Assembly: GCA_010909165.1 (NCBI GenBank)
Contig: MU008179.1
Coordinates: 248,001 to 312,000, forward strand
DNA from: Anthoceros angustus
Taxonomy: Eukaryota > Plantae > Anthocerotophyta
DNA length: 64,000 nt
Direction: 5' to 3'
Under the pieces are notes generated by a model, which did no database searches, had not been told where the DNA came from, and saw nothing but the letters and a program-made list of their open reading frames with translations. The position numbers and the translations under genes are program-made. Below, piece by piece: positions 34,820-46,109 of the stretch. Every line of letters starts with the position of its first letter. The first letter of the stretch is position 1.

Positions 34820-36310
34820 ATGGTGAACATCTTAGCGGACCAGCTTGCTTTGTGTGGAGAGGTGAAGCGAGCTAAGAAAGGTCTACACAAAGATGAGACG
34901 AGTAGGCAGGGATACACTTTTCTGGAGCTTCCTGACAACGTGTTGCTGCAGATATCGGAGTATGTGGGGTTGAATGATCTGCCTAATCTCTTCCTCACCT
35001 GCCAAGCTGTCTCCAAGCTGGCTCGCAGGATGTACGATGAACGGAGGGTGATGGATATGAGGTGTTTTCCTGTAGTCACGCCTCGGTTATGCCGGGAGCT
35101 CATTGAACGGTTCTCCAAGGCTAAGCTCCACAAATGCTACTTCAAGTGCAGTGTCACCAGCTTCAGGTCTAAGGAGCAGTACTTGCGGCATAACACATGG
35201 GTATATGACAAGCCATTGGTGGATGCCATCATGGAGCGGTTTCTTGATAATTGGGACCCAGCCTACGAATGGCTTGTGAGGGATTTGAGAAACGCAACTA
35301 TCGTGGACGTTGCTTGGTGGAATGGTCGGAACGGAATTCCTCGTCCCATTGACGTGCTGGCTCACTGTTATTGCCTGGATCAACTTCTGGCCACGCAGAC
35401 TGGGCTGAAGGAGCTGGAGCTAGATGTTGAGTTCTCTATTTTTAAGTTCCCGCGCAGCAGGGGTCACAGACAGTACTGGCAGCTGTTGACACCGTTTGTG
35501 GCCCTTAATGCCATACGAAATTCGTGTCCCGAGCTGGAAGTCTACGTAGCAGAAGAGATCCGGTGGGAGGATATTTCACTGCAGCAAACTTGGCTCAGAT
35601 TCTTTCAGCGTTGCCGAAAGTTGAAGTCTTTTGGAACAGCTTTTAGGCTAGAAGGGAAGGACCTGGAAATGTTCGACGGTTTGGCCCGTCCTTTGGCATT
35701 GGAAGAAGCTTGCTTTTTTATGACCAAGTGGCAGGTGCCTCACGAGCAGCGGATGGTGAATTATGAGAGGCTCCGAGCCTTAGCTCAGAAGTTGGTAAAG
35801 TTGAAGGATGTAGTTATTACATTCAAGGCGCGTGGTTGTTTGTCTGATCTCAAGGACTTTCTACATAGTCTTCCAGTTGTTGAGTCCCTCAGTTTTTGTT
35901 GCCAGTTCAATCCAGGTGTCCCTGACCATGACATTGATGAAGGCGTGGAAATGGGTCGCTACTTCTGCGACCTATTTCTTCTGGTGCCCAAGACTGTTAA
36001 GGAAGTAACAATGCTGGCTGTTCCGGAGCAGGAGTTTGAATTAGTTCTGCACAGATTTGGACCACTGCCGTTCTGGATACATGTCTTGTGGATACAGTTT
36101 CGATGGGAAAGCCTCACTGTCACTGGTAAGCAGTTCGAAATGTTGGACAAGTTTGTTCGTAGCGCCAGCCACCTGGAGGCATATCGCATTGAAGCTCTGC
36201 TAGGGGAGGAGTATTTGTTCCTCAGGATGCATGGGTTCAAGTGTACAAATGCTCCTCCTCAGGACAAGTTTACGCATGATGCTGGTCCTGTGTTTCCCCC
36301 TCTAAGATAG
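34820..36310 (+). CDS. F-box-like protein with a divergent (possibly LRR-like) C-terminus, intronless, 496 aa
   Basis: Long clean ORF with FLELPDNVLLQISEYVGLNDLPNLFLTCQAVSKLA F-box pattern; later LxxLxL-type segments (LKELELDV, KLKSF, KLKDVVITF). Confidence 0.72.
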   Translation: MVNILADQLALCGEVKRAKKGLHKDETSRQGYTFLELPDNVLLQISEYVGLNDLPNLFLTCQAVSKLARRMYDERRVMDMRCFPVVTPRLCRELIERFSKAKLHKCYFKCSVTSFRSKEQYLRHNTWVYDKPLVDAIMERFLDNWDPAYEWLVRDLRNATIVDVAWWNGRNGIPRPIDVLAHCYCLDQLLATQTGLKELELDVEFSIFKFPRSRGHRQYWQLLTPFVALNAIRNSCPELEVYVAEEIRWEDISLQQTWLRFFQRCRKLKSFGTAFRLEGKDLEMFDGLARPLALEEACFFMTKWQVPHEQRMVNYERLRALAQKLVKLKDVVITFKARGCLSDLKDFLHSLPVVESLSFCCQFNPGVPDHDIDEGVEMGRYFCDLFLLVPKTVKEVTMLAVPEQEFELVLHRFGPLPFWIHVLWIQFRWESLTVTGKQFEMLDKFVRSASHLEAYRIEALLGEEYLFLRMHGFKCTNAPPQDKFTHDAGPVFPPLR

Positions 36311-37149
36311 CTTTGGTTCACTTGGTGCAAGTTGAACATTCTCAGCATTCAGAGAAGCTCGTAATGCTCTGAGAAGCTCGTAATTCAGTATCAGTTGTGG
36401 CAGTTTAAATTACATGTGAAGGCATTCGGAGATATCCATAGTGCGAGGGCTGCAGTGGCAGTTTTAATTTTATTTCGTGGAGCCCTGGACACCGCTGGTA
36501 GCGACCTCCTTTGATGTTGCATTTCGACCTTAGCAGCTTCGGCTGCTTGCTCGTACCGCAAAAATGCGTGGCACGACCCTCACAGGCCTAAGCTTTCCAT
36601 GAGGTGATAGAACCAATGGAGCATGCGGGAAAGACACTCTAAAATCGAGCAAATGATAGTGAAAGGATTCCCAACCTTGGAATCCTTCATACGTTTGATG
36701 GTCTGGGTGCTTAGCATCTTGCTGCATTCTGGCGTGGACAAACTTTTGGCGCAAAGAACTCAAGGAGATATTGACACCATCGCAAGCACCTTAGAAGCTG
36801 AAAACCTGCAACAACAGTACACTTGTGTGAACTCTCCCTTCGCAATGGGCAAGTGCTTCATGATAACGTAGGGACTTTTGAAGTTGCTGCCGTAAACACC
36901 TAGTGAAGATCCTGCTCTGAACATAACGGAGGGACAACCCCCAATATCGTCATTCGTGCTCCCCAACTTGGAACACATGCCTGGAGAAACGCGTCAGCTG
37001 AACCACTGCTGTCTTACTCACTTGCAAATGTGCATGACATAACAAGGAAAGCAGTCTATCAGAAACGAGAACACCAACCTCCTCGTGTAGCCTGAACTCA
37101 CACCACACAATATCAACCTCCAGAAATCGGTCGAGAACTCCTTCCTATG

Positions 37150-37855
37150 GGTTTTCCCACCATACTTAGAAATCCTTCCCTTCGTTTTTCCAATGTTAGG
37201 AACTTACACTTGTCATCCCAGTGTATACTCACTCTTTGACCACAAGGGAAACATGAAATCGTTCAAAGGTTCGTCAACGGGCCCATACAAAGTGAGAGGA
37301 AGCCAAACATATGTTGAATCCCGAAGGTCAGAAGGCTTCCGTCTATCAGCCATGAATGTGTAATAATCAGGAATTCCAGGCACAGGTAACACAAAAGTAC
37401 CTTGAGAGTGGAATGTTTCTGAGGCGAAGGGGAAACTCCCTCCCACACAAGGATTTTCTAACGTTTCCCATAACCCCATCATGGACTCCGCCGTATCCAC
37501 CAGGGCTCTGTTGGGTCTCCATCCCGTACATCCAGACGGTACCATTTAATATATACCTTAACTTTTAAATACAGCAGCTGCTTCTCGTCTCTGTTTCACA
37601 AGTACCCTCCAAATCCATCATGACCCGTCATGACCCCGATGTGGACCTCGGTGTGAAGGGATGAGTAGATTAATATGCCTTCCTACGGTCGTCCTTGAAA
37701 ATGGTCATATCTCGACTGTCATAACCATTAGGCTTTTTACTTCCAAGATAGGTATACAAACGGCCCTTGAGACGGGCCCTGAGGTATGGAACTCACAGCA
37801 ACCCCGACGCAGGCCTTGGACGACACGGTCCATATGCATCCATATTGGATAGTCT
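37150..37855 (-). pseudogene. Glycoside hydrolase family 43 (plant beta-1,3-galactanase-like) 3' half, disrupted
   Basis: IWMHMD, ASVGVAVS..PQGP, GYDSRDMTIFKDD, GCTGWRPN, TFHSQGTFVLP, FMADR.KPSDLRDSTYVWLPL, PLWS.VSIHW, with stops and frameshifts. The 5' part is replaced by a CRE element. Confidence 0.82.
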
Positions 37856-37864
37856 AGGATATTT

Positions 37865-39040
37865 TATTCAGAGGAAAAAATGATGGAAAAAAACCCATCC
37901 AGGGATTACCAAGGAGAACCTCGAAGGTCAAGGTGAAAAAGAGCAACTAAGTTCCCTATCTTAAAATACCAACTGCTCCCAAAACATCATATGCAGGAAG
38001 AAAAAATGATGGGAAAAAGCCCATCCAGGGATTACCAAGGAGAACCTCGAAGGTCAAGGTGAAAAAGAGCGACTAAGTTCCCTACCTTAAAATACCTACT
38101 GCTCCCAAACCATCATATGCAGGAAGAAAAAATGGCTTGCAAACCACGGAGGAAGAGAAAGAAGCATCACCTGGTGTCGCAGCCTTGTGAAGGATTGCCA
38201 TTAAGATGGCCCTTTGAAGGGCAATGGAGACTCGCTGTCCGAAGTAAGCTGTGAAATAGGAAAGGGATAGCCATGCGCCATGCCCGTGGGCTAGGTAGGA
38301 TTTGGCACAGGACTTGAGAAATTTATCGAAGTCCTTGGCCATTGCCCCATACGTATCGAGTGCGAGCAAAATGAAGAGGTGACCCACTTGCATCCCGCAG
38401 ATGGCGTCGTGGGTGGCGATGCGATAACCCCCGTGGGGACAACAAGCAATGTGTACCCCATAGTCATCAAGGGCAAAGCCGCACTCACAGGTAAGGAGGG
38501 AGGACGCCACAGGCTGGAGCAAGCCAAGACGGAATCGCATCGTAGTGGTGAAGGTGGTTGGTGCGATGACAAAACCTCGTATACATGGACGAGCCATAAG
38601 CGGCGCTTGCACCCTTACCAGAACAAGAGCGAAGCCCAGCTCTCGTGGAACTGGGGATGGGGGAGGACGGATTGGAAAGCCTGGCCGAGCTGCTTCTCAA
38701 GCAACGACACTTGCAACCCCCTGAAACCATCGGTGATGAAAGTCAAGAAAGGAGGAAATTCCCGCCGAGCATCCGCAGATAGCATTTCTTTGGCCTGTCT
38801 CAAGGAAATTTGGAGAGGGAAGGTTCCCTCCTCTACACCAGATACGGGATCCTTGTCACGCCATTGCTGCATAGCGTTCATGACACATGGGAATTCTTGC
38901 ATCGTCCAGTCAAAGATTTTCCAAGAGAGCCCATGCCCAAGTTGAGCCGTTAAACACAATGTCCAAATCAAAACCACAAATGGCCCCCCTGCCAAAGTAG
39001 CGGCTACCACTGCCTGCTGGAGCAGCACTTTGGGCATTCA
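37865..39040 (-). mobile_element. CRE-clade non-LTR retrotransposon 3' part (post-RT, Zn knuckle, RLE) with duplicated 3' end
   Basis: LRSCSGKGASA; CECGFALDDYGVHIACCPHGGYRIATHDAI; LALDTYG...FGQRVSIALQRA. About 120 bp at the 3' end is tandemly repeated (37875-38110). Confidence 0.8.
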
Positions 39041-39309
39041 GATCCCATAAAATCTTCGATAAAACCGCCAAAACATGTTGTTATGAAGTTGGGGCTCAAA
39101 AGGTCTTTCATGCTCCGTTCGTCCTATGGCCAACAGAGCTGCCACTCGCCGTTCTTCAGGGTCAAAGTACTCATCTGCTTGTGCTTTCCCCAACCGTTGT
39201 CGTTCTCTGGCTCGATGTCGAGCCGTCAGCTCCTCTTCCTCATCACTGTCAAGCTCTTGTTTTGACCCTGGGCATCTGTGGTCCATTCGACCCATTCATG
39301 TAGTACTAT

Positions 39310-40202
39310 TTCTCAATACATTAGGCACGCAAGAAATCACCCACATTGTTGTTGAGCAAATACCAGCATTCTGTTGTTGGCTCATCCCACTCCAAAACTC
39401 CTGTCCGCAAGCACGCAAATAGTCGATAGAAGGCTCTGGGATAGCCTATGGCATACCGTCCTGCTTTTTCTCAATGCAAATGACTGAGCCACACCTTCAA
39501 GCTGCGCAGATCTGCAGGTTTCTCCTGTTGCTTGTACGCCAAAAATCCTTCCTTAGGCCAGTGATCAAAGATCTGATGCATCAAGAGATGATGTTCTAAC
39601 TTACGAAATGCCCCTTCACAGTAACTAGTCCACATAAACGTTTGCCTATTCATCCCCCTGCCTGCAAGCTCAAACAAATCCCTGTGGTCATATGGAAAAT
39701 TCTCAACGTTGCAAGTCTCATGGTGAGACTCCACATACAGCAGAAACGCTTGCAACTCCAGGAACGTCTCTGGTCGCTCTAGTTTCCCAGGATGATATTT
39801 GCGAACCAGAGGAGTGCGCCACTTATCCTCCCATGGTCTCTCAGGAAATTGTGGCACACTATGATGCATCATGCGAAAGCACGTCTTACATGTGTGATCT
39901 GCCTCCAAGTCCATCTTCAAGGAGCTGCCTTTGCATGCCACGCTACACACACCTGTCGTTGGTCACGGTGACACGGTTCCTACCGGTTTTGTCAGCATGC
40001 GGGTGAAAGCTTGATGACCGCTCCTTCGCTGTACCTCCAATCCGTCGGCACTGGTCACACTCCAATTGCCCACTTCAACTGCAGCCTTTACAGCACCATG
40101 GTGCGGTGAGGACGCCGCACTGTAGTCACTCTCAACCCATCCTCCAGGGGTCGTGGATTTGTGAAAACGACAAAACTCAGAGCGCCACCTCCAGCTGCTC
40201 AA
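39310..40202 (-). pseudogene. Unidentified reading frame (about 300 codons, isolated in-frame stops) downstream of the PHD-integrase
   Basis: ORFs 40202-39963 and 39950-39471 share a frame and continue past a TGA as EKAGRYAIGYPRAFYRLFACLRTGVLEWDEPTTECWYLLNNNVGDFLRA. No family recognised. Confidence 0.45.
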
Positions 40203-40689
40203 GCGAGCATTAAATTCAGCCTTGGTTCATCGACGCCATCTTTGTCACCAGCCTGTCACGATGCCACACGGTTATGTCACGATTGTTGCTGTTGTGCCCA
40301 CCATTCCTGTCTTGATCGCCTGGCCCTACACTCGGTTTAGGTGGCGGATGCCACCGGTTGGAGAGCGCCACCTGCCGCCAGTGCCGTACACCCTGCGATG
40401 TCGACTTGACCTCACCGCAGCACGTACACTCACAGTGCCTACTCATCGCGTTCACCTCGCAAGCTTCTTTGTGCAAACCCTCATTCACGCCACCACTCTT
40501 GCATGTACAACTTACCTATCCGGTTCCACATCTCAGCAAACATGGCCCTTTCCATATGCTTTAAACATTCCGCAATTGTCACACTCATACTGTCACCACA
40601 CCACCCCTATAAAAACCCTTCACCTTTCCATACTCGCGCGCCTGCACTGCCCGTGCGGCTTGCGAACGGGCTTCCTGTGCAGGTTGACC

Positions 40690-41388
40690 CTATTGGGTCT
40701 TAGTTGAAGAAGCTGTGGCACTCACAGGCCATACGCTTGGCCCCCCAGTCTCTCGACTCGCTTGTGGAGTCATACATCGGTGACAACACCATTCGCCTTT
40801 CGGAACTATTTTGAGTGGCGGTCGTAGGCAAAAGACATGATACCCCCCATTGCATTTGTCGCAAAGTAGCATCAATTCAGGATCTGTAATGTGACCGTAG
40901 AAACCACAAGGTAGATCAATCGACGGCCTCCACGCCTGTGGCTGTGTCCTTGTGTCAAGGTTGTGCAGATGTCAAGGCGCCAAATGTCGCATGTGCTCTT
41001 TGCATCGACGCCCATCTTGCCCTTCCAACTCAATTACCCCTTGCTCACCGACGTGTACCACCCACAAGATCAAACGTCCAGTGCTCACATCCAAGGTAGT
41101 TGAAGGTCGATGTTGTAAGTATACAAAGTCACCCACCTCAAACTTCCTTGCCTCGGGTTTCCATGAGCCACCCCTGGTGAACGCATATCGGAGTTGATCC
41201 CGATGTTGTGCTATGGCCAGATTATCCATCGCCATCGGAATCACGCGTTGAAACAGCTTTGCCCTTGCTTGTAATTCCGAGAAGCATACTGTGGCGCGAC
41301 TTTCGCTGACGGCCAGCAGGGCGCGCACAATCCCGTGTCGTTGTAGCAAGGGGTCCGTCTCAAGAGAATGATAGGCTCCGTTTGGCAT
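40690..41388 (-). mobile_element. Ty3/gypsy integrase C-terminus with PHD finger
   Basis: AMDNLAIAQHRDQLRYAFTRGG...KFEVGDFVYL...TTLDV...IL.V...GVIELEGQDG...H..HLAPCH, followed by MLLCDKCNGGYHVFCLRPPLKIVPKGEWCCHRC. Confidence 0.85.
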
Positions 41389-43950
41389 GTTTTCAACCGA
41401 TTCTCATCCTAACGTCACATTTGTTCGGTCCCGAGCGCGTGCGTGCACGGTTCTACGACTAACCACTCTTAACGTTCACCGAATAGGCCCGGTGTGGCCA
41501 AACGTTTAAGGACTCGTTCGCATCCGTACCCGATCAGTCCATTCCTCGTTCGAAGAGTCTACTCTCCCTACCTCTCTCCACACTCTCGTCACTTCTTGGA
41601 AAAAGAGTGGGTGGGCTGCGTGGTTCGGACCTCCTCCGTCATTCCGCCGAGCTTCTCCGTCCTGCTCAGACGCCCCGAGTTCCCAGCTCATGCGTTACAG
41701 TCCGACGTCGGGCCGCTGCTCTAGACGAGCAAGGGTCCCTGATCGTTTCCCCCTGCACACACCACCATACGTTAGGGTCCATCACGGGACCTTGATCGGC
41801 CTCAGGAGTCACATGCCCGCCTGACTCGGGACTCACGTTAGCAAAAGACACGGTCTACAAGGAAACGCCAGTATCCACCCCAAGAGAAAGATACTTTACT
41901 AGAGCAACTCAGCCCTCTTATCTGCGCCCAAGGTGCCTTTATTACACTTCTTGGTGGTGGCCTGGGCCCTAGCTCACGATACTATTCCCCACTATTACGC
42001 CTATTTACGCGTCGGTGGTGGGGCTGGGTTGCTCTGGTTCCGCCTCCTCCGCTCATCTTTGCCCGAGGTCCGCCATCTCCCTCTCCAAGCGGTCCGACAT
42101 CTCCGCCTTCCAATCGGATGATCCGCGAGGCGGCCCCTTCCTTCCCGAGACTCAGCCGGTGAGCCATGCGGCGACAACGGCCACCTCCAAGTCCTCCTCT
42201 CCCTCCTCTCTTGCCTTGCTGGTGGGCCCTTGTTCAGCGAGCCCTCTAAGAGATGGTTCGCTGGTGGGCCCTTGCTCTGTTTGAGCAGGTGGTTGGTGAT
42301 TCCCTTCCGCTCCCTGACTCTGGACCTCAAGGTCCAGTCTCGACTATGGAGTCCGGACCTCCGGGTCCGGCCTTCTCTCTGGAGTCTGGACCTCAGGGTC
42401 CGGACTCGCCTCTGGGGTCCGGACCTCGGGGTCCGGTCTTCTCTCTGGAGAGGTTCGGACTCGCGGGTCCTTGGACTTGCCCGCCCCGTGGACTCCCCAA
42501 AGGTTCATCCTCACCCACCGGGCCCTTCCGTTGGTCCAGGTTTCCCGGGCCTGCTCCTTCTATGGCCTCCCCAGGGCCCTCCTCCCTTCCTTCCGTGGCG
42601 GGGTGCAGAGTGCTTACCTCAGGCGCAGTGGCATCCATTACGCCCGCCTCCTCCGACTCCCTCCTCCTCTCGAGCCTCCCGGCTTGGTGTTGTTCTCGCC
42701 GAGCCGAGCAGCTCCTAAGGTCCCGGTTGCCGTACTGTCTCCGGGGCCTTCCTCCCTCGCTCCTCCTTCTGACCCGTCCGGGGGTCCGTCCATCTGCCGA
42801 GGGTGACGCAGGACCTCTAGAGCCTTGAGGAGCTCCGCGTGGTAATAGGCAAAGTCTGAATCGACTTGTTGAATTGCCTCTTCCACATGAGCCGAGCCGC
42901 CTATCTCCGCCTCCTCCGAGGTGCTCCGGTGCGTGGGCGTGTCGTCCGCCCGCCTTCACTGAGCCTCCCGGCTTGGTGTTGTTCTCGCCGAGCCGAGCCG
43001 AGCCGAGCCGCCTATCTCCGCCTCCTCCGACACCTCCTGCAGCCTTTGCTGCTGCTCGACGTGCTCCTCCTCCCTCCGTCGTTGTAGCTCGACCAGCTTG
43101 CTGGCCATGGAGCTTCGTTCTCCCTCTGCCTTCCGCAATCGGACAAGCAGCTTCTGCTCCTCTCTCAGAGCCTTCTCACCTCCGTTCATCTTTGCCCGGA
43201 GGTCCGCCATCTCCCTCTCCAAGCGGTCCGACATCTCCGCCCGGCTCCTGACTTCCTCCAGCTCCTTCTTCAACTCGGCGATGTCCAACTCCTTGGATCG
43301 CCGCCAACTCTCCTCCGTCCTCAAACAGAGCTAGAGCCGCCCTATCTCCCGCTCATGGTCCGCGATCACTCCCTGGAGGGCTCCATGCGGCTCAACCGTA
43401 TCTTGGAGCTGTAGCTCCAAGGTTTCCTTGCGGTCCTCCATTTCCTGTCGACGCTCCTCCGTTTCCCGCAGCTGGGTCCGGAGATCCTCCATCTCCCGGT
43501 TGCTGGCCTCCTTCTCCCTCCTCCGGCTCACTCGTGCTCCTCCTCCGAGGTGCTCCTTCTATGGCCTCCCAGGCCCTCCTCCTCGCTGCTTCCTCCACCG
43601 GCCTCACGGTAGTGGTCCCGGTCGGTCTTAGCCGCGGCTTCCGCCTCTGCGCCCGCCTTCACCTGAGCCTCCCCGGCTTGGTGTTGTTCTCGCCGAGCCG
43701 AGCCGCCTCGGGCCTCCTCCGCTTGTCTTCGGGCCTCCTCCGACTCCCTCTGCGCTACTTCCCTCCGTCTGCAGAGGTCTTCAGCCCGTGCTTGGGCCTC
43801 CTCCCTTCCTTCCGCTCGACTATGGAGTCCGGACCTCGGTCCGCCTTCTCTGAGTCCGGACTGCCTCTCTCTCGCCTCCGCTTCTCCTCGTCGATCCCTG
43901 CGAGAACAAGGTCTCTTAAGAAGTAGAGACACACTCCTCTTTTTAGAGAC
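41388..43950 (-). mobile_element. Unclassified element, copy 1: decayed coiled-coil ORF plus about 560-bp LTR-like terminus (41388-41947)
   Basis: Truncates the integrase at 41388 (tgttttcaacc). Terminal segment starts TGTAATAAAGG on the minus strand. Motif EEAIQQVDSDFAYYHAELLKAL is shared with copy 2. Confidence 0.6.
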
Positions 43951-46109
43951 AGATGTCCATTTGGTCACATTCGACCTACAAATTGGCAACCAATCTCTGG
44001 ATTTGGTGCTTTTCCAAAAACCAAGGGCAAAACCCGCACTATTTCCATTTCCCGTAGTTGTCAAAAGCATCTTTTCTACCTTTTTGATGTCTTTTAACCC
44101 TGTTAAGAAAGGTCCATGGTTGGATCAAGTTGGAAAATACCCCAGTTTTAAGGCTTTTTAAGGGCATTTTCGCAAAAACCGCTTTGTCGCTTTGAACTGG
44201 ACATTTATGACAATTTCAGACCAATGTGCTAAGTTGAAAACTGCAATGCCACCTCAATATGCTAACACGGTTTTTGTACACATTGGTCCAAGTATGCCCG
44301 ACATCCCGCCTTACCGATCGCAAGGTTGTGGCACCATAAAAACAAGAAGGACATGTGTCTTCATGTCAACTACCCGACACACAAACATGCATGCACACAT
44401 CTAATTTGGTACTATAGTGGGAGACTAGAGGTATAAGACACCAATATCCCCACATGGGCCATATGCCCAACTATATGTCCGCTCCAAACTATACAAAATG
44501 CTCACATATATTAAAAGAAAAGTGCCATGGCACCATATAACCGATCTGGGACAACCGTCACTTTTCGAATTTAGTCAAGTGACCCATACTCATAAGCGAA
44601 TAGACTAGGTGTCGGACCTAGGTTGGATCTGCAAGCGCCAAGACAAGCTTTTCTTTTAAGTGAAAGGCACCGGACATCCGGTGACCTTTGCACCACATTG
44701 TCCAGACAAAGCCACAATTTACGCCCACCATCATATGATCAAGTTTCAAGTCTACGGCCGTGCTCTAGCACTCCACCCACACCAAAACAAGCCGCCTATC
44801 CTAGCTGTGGCTCGTGGCTCCCAAAAAGGAGGGACCTCATCACGCTTGCTTCCTCCGTCCTCAAAGAAACCCTTATCCCCACCTCCCGCCTATATGTTGG
44901 CACCTACATACATGAAGAGCAGATACCATTGGCTCACAAAGAAGACCTTACTACCCATGCAAGAAGAATAAAGAATACCAAGACCAAGAATATCAACCGA
45001 TGATGCAAGAAGAATATCAACCGATGATGCAAGAAGAATATCAACAAAGACCAAAACCAAGAATCACCAAAGGCCAAAGAACCGATGATGCATGAATTGA
45101 AACACCTTACTACCAAAGCCTTCACTCACCAGAGGCTCCGGCCACATCCGAACCTCATACCGCCAATGCCTTGGCACTGCTTCACGCCACTACAAGCGCA
45201 AGCTCCCTCGACGCCTTCTTGCTGCCCACACCGCCTCTTCCGCCTAGCTCCTCCTTCGCCAACTCCTCACTGCTCGTGCTTTACGGCCGATATGGTCTCG
45301 AACCTCCGCAGCCCATCTCACCGCCTTCACCTCCTTCCCACCATCGTGAGATCATGGAATGTCACGGGCCTCAGCCCTCCCTCCTCTCGGTTATAGTCCT
45401 CACCTCCTCGGGCTCCCTCAAAGAAACCCTTATCCCCACCTCCCCGTGGAACCACGCAGAGCTTTGGGAGTGGCAAACGGATGCCACTCGAATAAGGGTT
45501 GGCCACCAACCGGCGATGATGCCTCCGGAGGGACGCCCCACGACGCTCCCTCAAAGTGGCTCTCCTCCCGCCTCTTCTCGCAATGTCTGCACTGTGACCC
45601 GTGGTGGGATCGTAGCCGCCACGCCCGTCCTCATATCCACTGCTTTGGTCTGCAACAACACTCTTAACACCCGTCAGTGGAGGCGCACACGGAAAATTGA
45701 CGACGACACCGAATGGATTCTTCCTCCGTGCCGCCAAACTGGAAGGCAAACATGGAGAATTGGTTGCCTGTTGTTGGAGAGTAAATCCGAGTACTTGGCA
45801 AAGGGCCAAAATACCACATGGCGTGCAGGCTGTGTTTACGCCTCACCGTCCCCAACCTGCCCCCAATAGCTGAAAAGCCCGCGGCCTGCACCTCAACTGT
45901 CAGAAGCCCGAGCCCTGCACCCTATCACAAAAAACCCAAATACGCGGCTGGCCAGAAACAAGCGGAATGCTCACCACAATTAAAAACGACTAAGAGCTTT
46001 AGCACCGGACATCCGGTGCAAAAGGCACAATGCATCAGCATCAAAACTCTATGTCAAAACATGAACACGGGATCACACATCCACATATACCCTAAACATC
46101 TATGTCACG

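Noticed and set aside
36400-37050. Short ORFs between the F-box gene and the GH43 relic
   Set aside because: No motif or consistent splice structure identified.
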